Program-made: the position numbers and the translations under genes
The notes under the pieces: model-generated
What the model saw: only the letters and a program-made list of their open reading frames with translations
What the model was told of the DNA's origin: nothing
Database searches by the model: none
NCBI GenBank assembly: GCA_017654855.1
Contig: CM030338.1
Span: 1-64,000 of the forward strand
DNA from: Podospora anserina
Lineage: Eukaryota
Reading direction: 5' to 3'
Length of the DNA: 64,000 bases
Shown here: one piece after another, positions 60,849-64,000 of the stretch
Layout of the letters: every line of letters starts with the position of its first letter
Position numbering within the stretch: the first letter of the stretch is position 1

Positions 60849-61294
60849 ATGGCCTGAGCTAGTGCTGAGATAAAGGCGATGATTCTTTTCACATGTAGTC
60901 TAGCGCATCACTACTCAGTTCAGGATACACTTCTGGAATCCTGACTTGAAACAGTAGATTTCTGATACTTTTCTTCAGGAGACGAGCAACTTGTTGCTTA
61001 TCGGGTTGATCTCATTCCCATCCCAGAGATGCCGGTTGTGGCACCGTAATAACCTCGCAGGCTACAAGACGCCACCATCTCCGCCCGGAGCCCTTTGATT
61101 GAAGTTTGTTTTGCCTTTGGGTTCAGTGGATGAAACCCAGCGCACAATATTTTGCCTCGGGTTTTTCGCCTGTGCTCTTCCATTTTCTTTCGTTTCTCTT
61201 TGCGTTGCCTCACACCTCGACATCTTGCAGAACACGTTACATCACGACATACCTGAAAAACATTCCTCCCCACGCAGGCCACCGACCTGAAACA

Positions 61295-62055
61295 ATGCGT
61301 GCTCTCTCCCTTCTCACACTTATCACAGTGGCCCTGGCGGCCTCTGTCCCTAATTTTCGCGAGGACAGTGAACACATTTCGGGTTCTCAAAGGCGCCGGA
61401 GTGCGGAACCAGGCAACATTCAACTCCACAAGACGGTGATTCCCGACTGGGCAGACGACATCTACCTGACACCCAGCCCGAACGAACATCTCGATTCCGA
61501 GCGACTCCTCCTCCACCAGAGCAATGTCAAAGATATTTCCAAGGAGCGCGACAGCCCGTCCATCCGCGTCGACCCTGTCGAAGTGCACATGTACACCGAG
61601 ACATATCCAAGCCCTGGTGTAGAGAGAAACGTGGTTTCCGCCCGTGGTACCGTGTTCGAGCCCGAACCTAACAGCCTCGGGGGCAGGGTTCCAACATGTA
61701 CCCGAAAGGCTGCGAAGCTTCATACACAGCGAAAGTGGTCAATCGGCTACGATCATGACAACAAATACAACGGGATGCATTGCGGGCAATCGGTCCGTGT
61801 AGCGCTCAGGTCCTTCAAAAAGTGCAGGCCCACGACAGATTGGTATCGCCTTTCCCCATGCCTACCTTACTTCTTAGAAACACAAAGCTAACAAAAATGG
61901 GAAAATGCAGGACATGCGTGCGCAGTGGAGAGCAGGGACTAGGCGGTGTGACCATTGAGTTTCATACTCCGCGGGGGTGTGATGATCGGAGAATTCATCA
62001 AGCAATGAAGAAAGCTAGTGGGGGTCAGATTGATGTCTGGTGTCAACACAAATAG
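61295..62055 (+). CDS. Small secreted protein with Cys-containing C-terminal domain
   Basis: Signal peptide MRALSLLTLITVALAA; intron ~61843-61911 (GTATCG...CTAAC...CAG); ends ...GCDDRRIHQAMKKASGGQIDVWCQHK*. Confidence 0.75.
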
Positions 62056-62670
62056 ATCATCCAGCAGTCAAGTATGACAGTAGTTTTGCTGATAGGTCGA
62101 ATAGGTGGTAGGAAATGAGTGACCCCAAGGAGTCACCCCTGCCTACGATTGGGAGGGAAAGCAACCAGAAAAGAGTATTGCCGATCGGATGTACCTTATG
62201 GAAAGCTCCTAACGAATATAATTTATCATGTATGGAAGAACCTATGTTGTTCTTGTGCAGTTAAACCTTGCAGGTATAACAGTGCACAATCAGACAGAAG
62301 AAACTCAGTGAAGAGGCCTTGCCATTTGCAAGATTGTAGCGCTTTCCCCTTTCAGATATAATTCGTTTTATAGAGAACTTGAGGCTAGATCCCTCGGTCT
62401 CAGCTTACACCCAAGATAACGGCCCGCTTTGTTCTAACCGGGGTCATTATATAAAGGCTGAACTTACGTTTTCGTCTTAGTCAAGGTATATGCTTTGTAC
62501 AGAGAGGCTGGTTTACGGCAATACTCACAGACGATTCAGCTGCAGTGGTTTGTTTTCTAGTGCTCTAGGTTCTCGTAGATAATTCTTTGTCTTTCAGGAC
62601 TCTATCACTTAAACTTTCAAATCTAATATCGGTTCCATCTATGCTCCTAGACATGTGCTAAGTACCTCTA

Positions 62671-63431
62671 ACGTATATTATAAGCGAGCGACCAATATAA
62701 ACGAGCGACCACTTTTTCACAACCTTTATATTATTATCTTTAATTACTATACAACCATACTAAGAAGCAACCATAATTATATCCGAAATAGCTGAATCAG
62801 ACAATTCTATAGCCTCCTGGTAAGTGCGCGCATTATGGCCAAGCTTGCCGCACACACCACAGCACTGAACCTTCGTACGAGCCCCCCCTGCACCACCGCC
62901 ATCCGGCTATATTTCTTCCACTGCCTCCCCACCCACGGCCTTCTGGTCCAGTAGATCCTATACATCTTGCACAGTAAGTGATCCTCCGAGCCGTACACGT
63001 GTTTTTTTAGCTCTCCGGCGCTTACTTAGTGCCTCATTGGCCTTACGGAGCGAAGAGACCTCTGCCTGTAAGAGGGCCACTTAATATATTACAGCTATCG
63101 TACCCTTAGTAAATTAATTTATAGCACCTAATATTAAAGTCGGGGAACTATTTTAATGGTTAGTAATACGAGTTTTAATAAGCGTAAAGTGTAAGTTAGT
63201 TTTTCGGGGATTTTATAGTATTTAGAATACCTAAGGGAGTGCCGTGCCTGGCCTTAAGGATAGGGGTATTAGCGTATAAAGCTTTATATCTAGCTTAGAA
63301 AATACCCTCTCTAAATCGTATAGTATAAGGCTAGCACCTATAAAGCTACCCTATATATTTTTCTCCGTTATAAAGATAAATAAGGCCTCGCGGAAGGTAT
63401 AAAGAAACTCGAGCTTATTTATATAGTTAAT
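62671..63431 (-). mobile_element. 3' part of a second Fot1/pogo-like element, RIPed and interrupted
   Basis: TA followed by TIR ACGTATATTATAAGCGAGCGACCAATATAAACGAGCGACCAC at 62671. The body is the reverse complement of ~2665-3427; similarity ends at 63431. Confidence 0.9.
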
Positions 63432-64000
63432 TGTTACGCCCTAAGTATAATAACCCCGTAAAGGAACCACTAGGTAGTTCCCGAGGTGCTGGGACACCTT
63501 AGCTAATTATTGGGCCAAGGATAGGAAGACCTATAAAGTCCCCATATAACTAATTAGGAGGTGCTTAGTCTAATTAGTAGCTAAGACCATTAAGCACACT
63601 AAATATATTAATTATAAAAAATTACTTAATTTACTTAGCCGCTAAAACCACTGAGTACACTAAGTAAGGTACAAAAATACTTTAGAAATATATATAGATA
63701 GCTTGTAACGAACCTCTATCTAAAACTTCTGAAAGGGATACTAATTAAAGGTAACTTCTAAATAATCCTAATTTAGTGCAGCTAAATAGTGTATAATAAG
63801 ATATCTTAATATAAATACAAAATGCCGTGAATATAAACTTAAATTGTATATTACGGAACTATTTATTTACACTAACTAATTCCTCCGTATATATAGACCT
63901 CGTATTAAGCCCTAATTATAGTGATTATTCCGCTCGTTCCTAATAATTATAATAATCGCTATAATCCTCCGTAGCTCCCTATTAATTATATTACTGCGAT
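63432..64000. mobile_element. LTR-like insertion into the Fot1-like element (possibly a second nested LTR from 63704)
   Basis: Sequence switches to TGTTACG exactly where transposase similarity stops; RIP signature; second TGTAACG at 63704; the other end is not visible. Confidence 0.55.

Noticed and set aside
1566-63431. Composite transposon bounded by two inverted Fot1-like copies
   Set aside because: The left copy has its own TSDs on both sides, the TIRs differ between copies, and the right copy is interrupted; independent insertions are the simpler explanation.

Overview
This is eukaryotic DNA from a filamentous ascomycete. GT-AG introns, repeat-induced point mutation (RIP) and gene content suggest Sordariales, possibly Podospora-like (inference). 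The window has three parts. (1) 1-~22,860 is a RIP-degraded, AT-rich repeat block. It holds a satellite array, a Fot1/pogo DNA transposon, a complete Ty1/copia element and solo LTRs. It also holds a minus-strand relic, invisible in the ORF track, of a telomere-linked-helicase (TLH)-type gene. Reverting RIP changes by hand gives a RecQ helicase preceded by a tyrosine-recombinase-like motif series. Upstream of it are two unrelated tandem arrays that both have a 202-bp period, and a palindrome that abuts a truncated LTR. (2) ~23,100-62,100 is a gene island of about 17 genes: CAZymes, peptidases, a sirtuin, a bacterial-type nucleotidyltransferase, a secreted SET protein, a secreted LAS-type Zn-peptidase-like protein, a cyclin and pepP. 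It also has a phosphotransferase pseudogene and an impala-like Tc1 element. (3) From 62,671 a second RIPed block begins, with a Fot1-like copy interrupted by an LTR. All family assignments come from motif recognition by eye; no searches were run.
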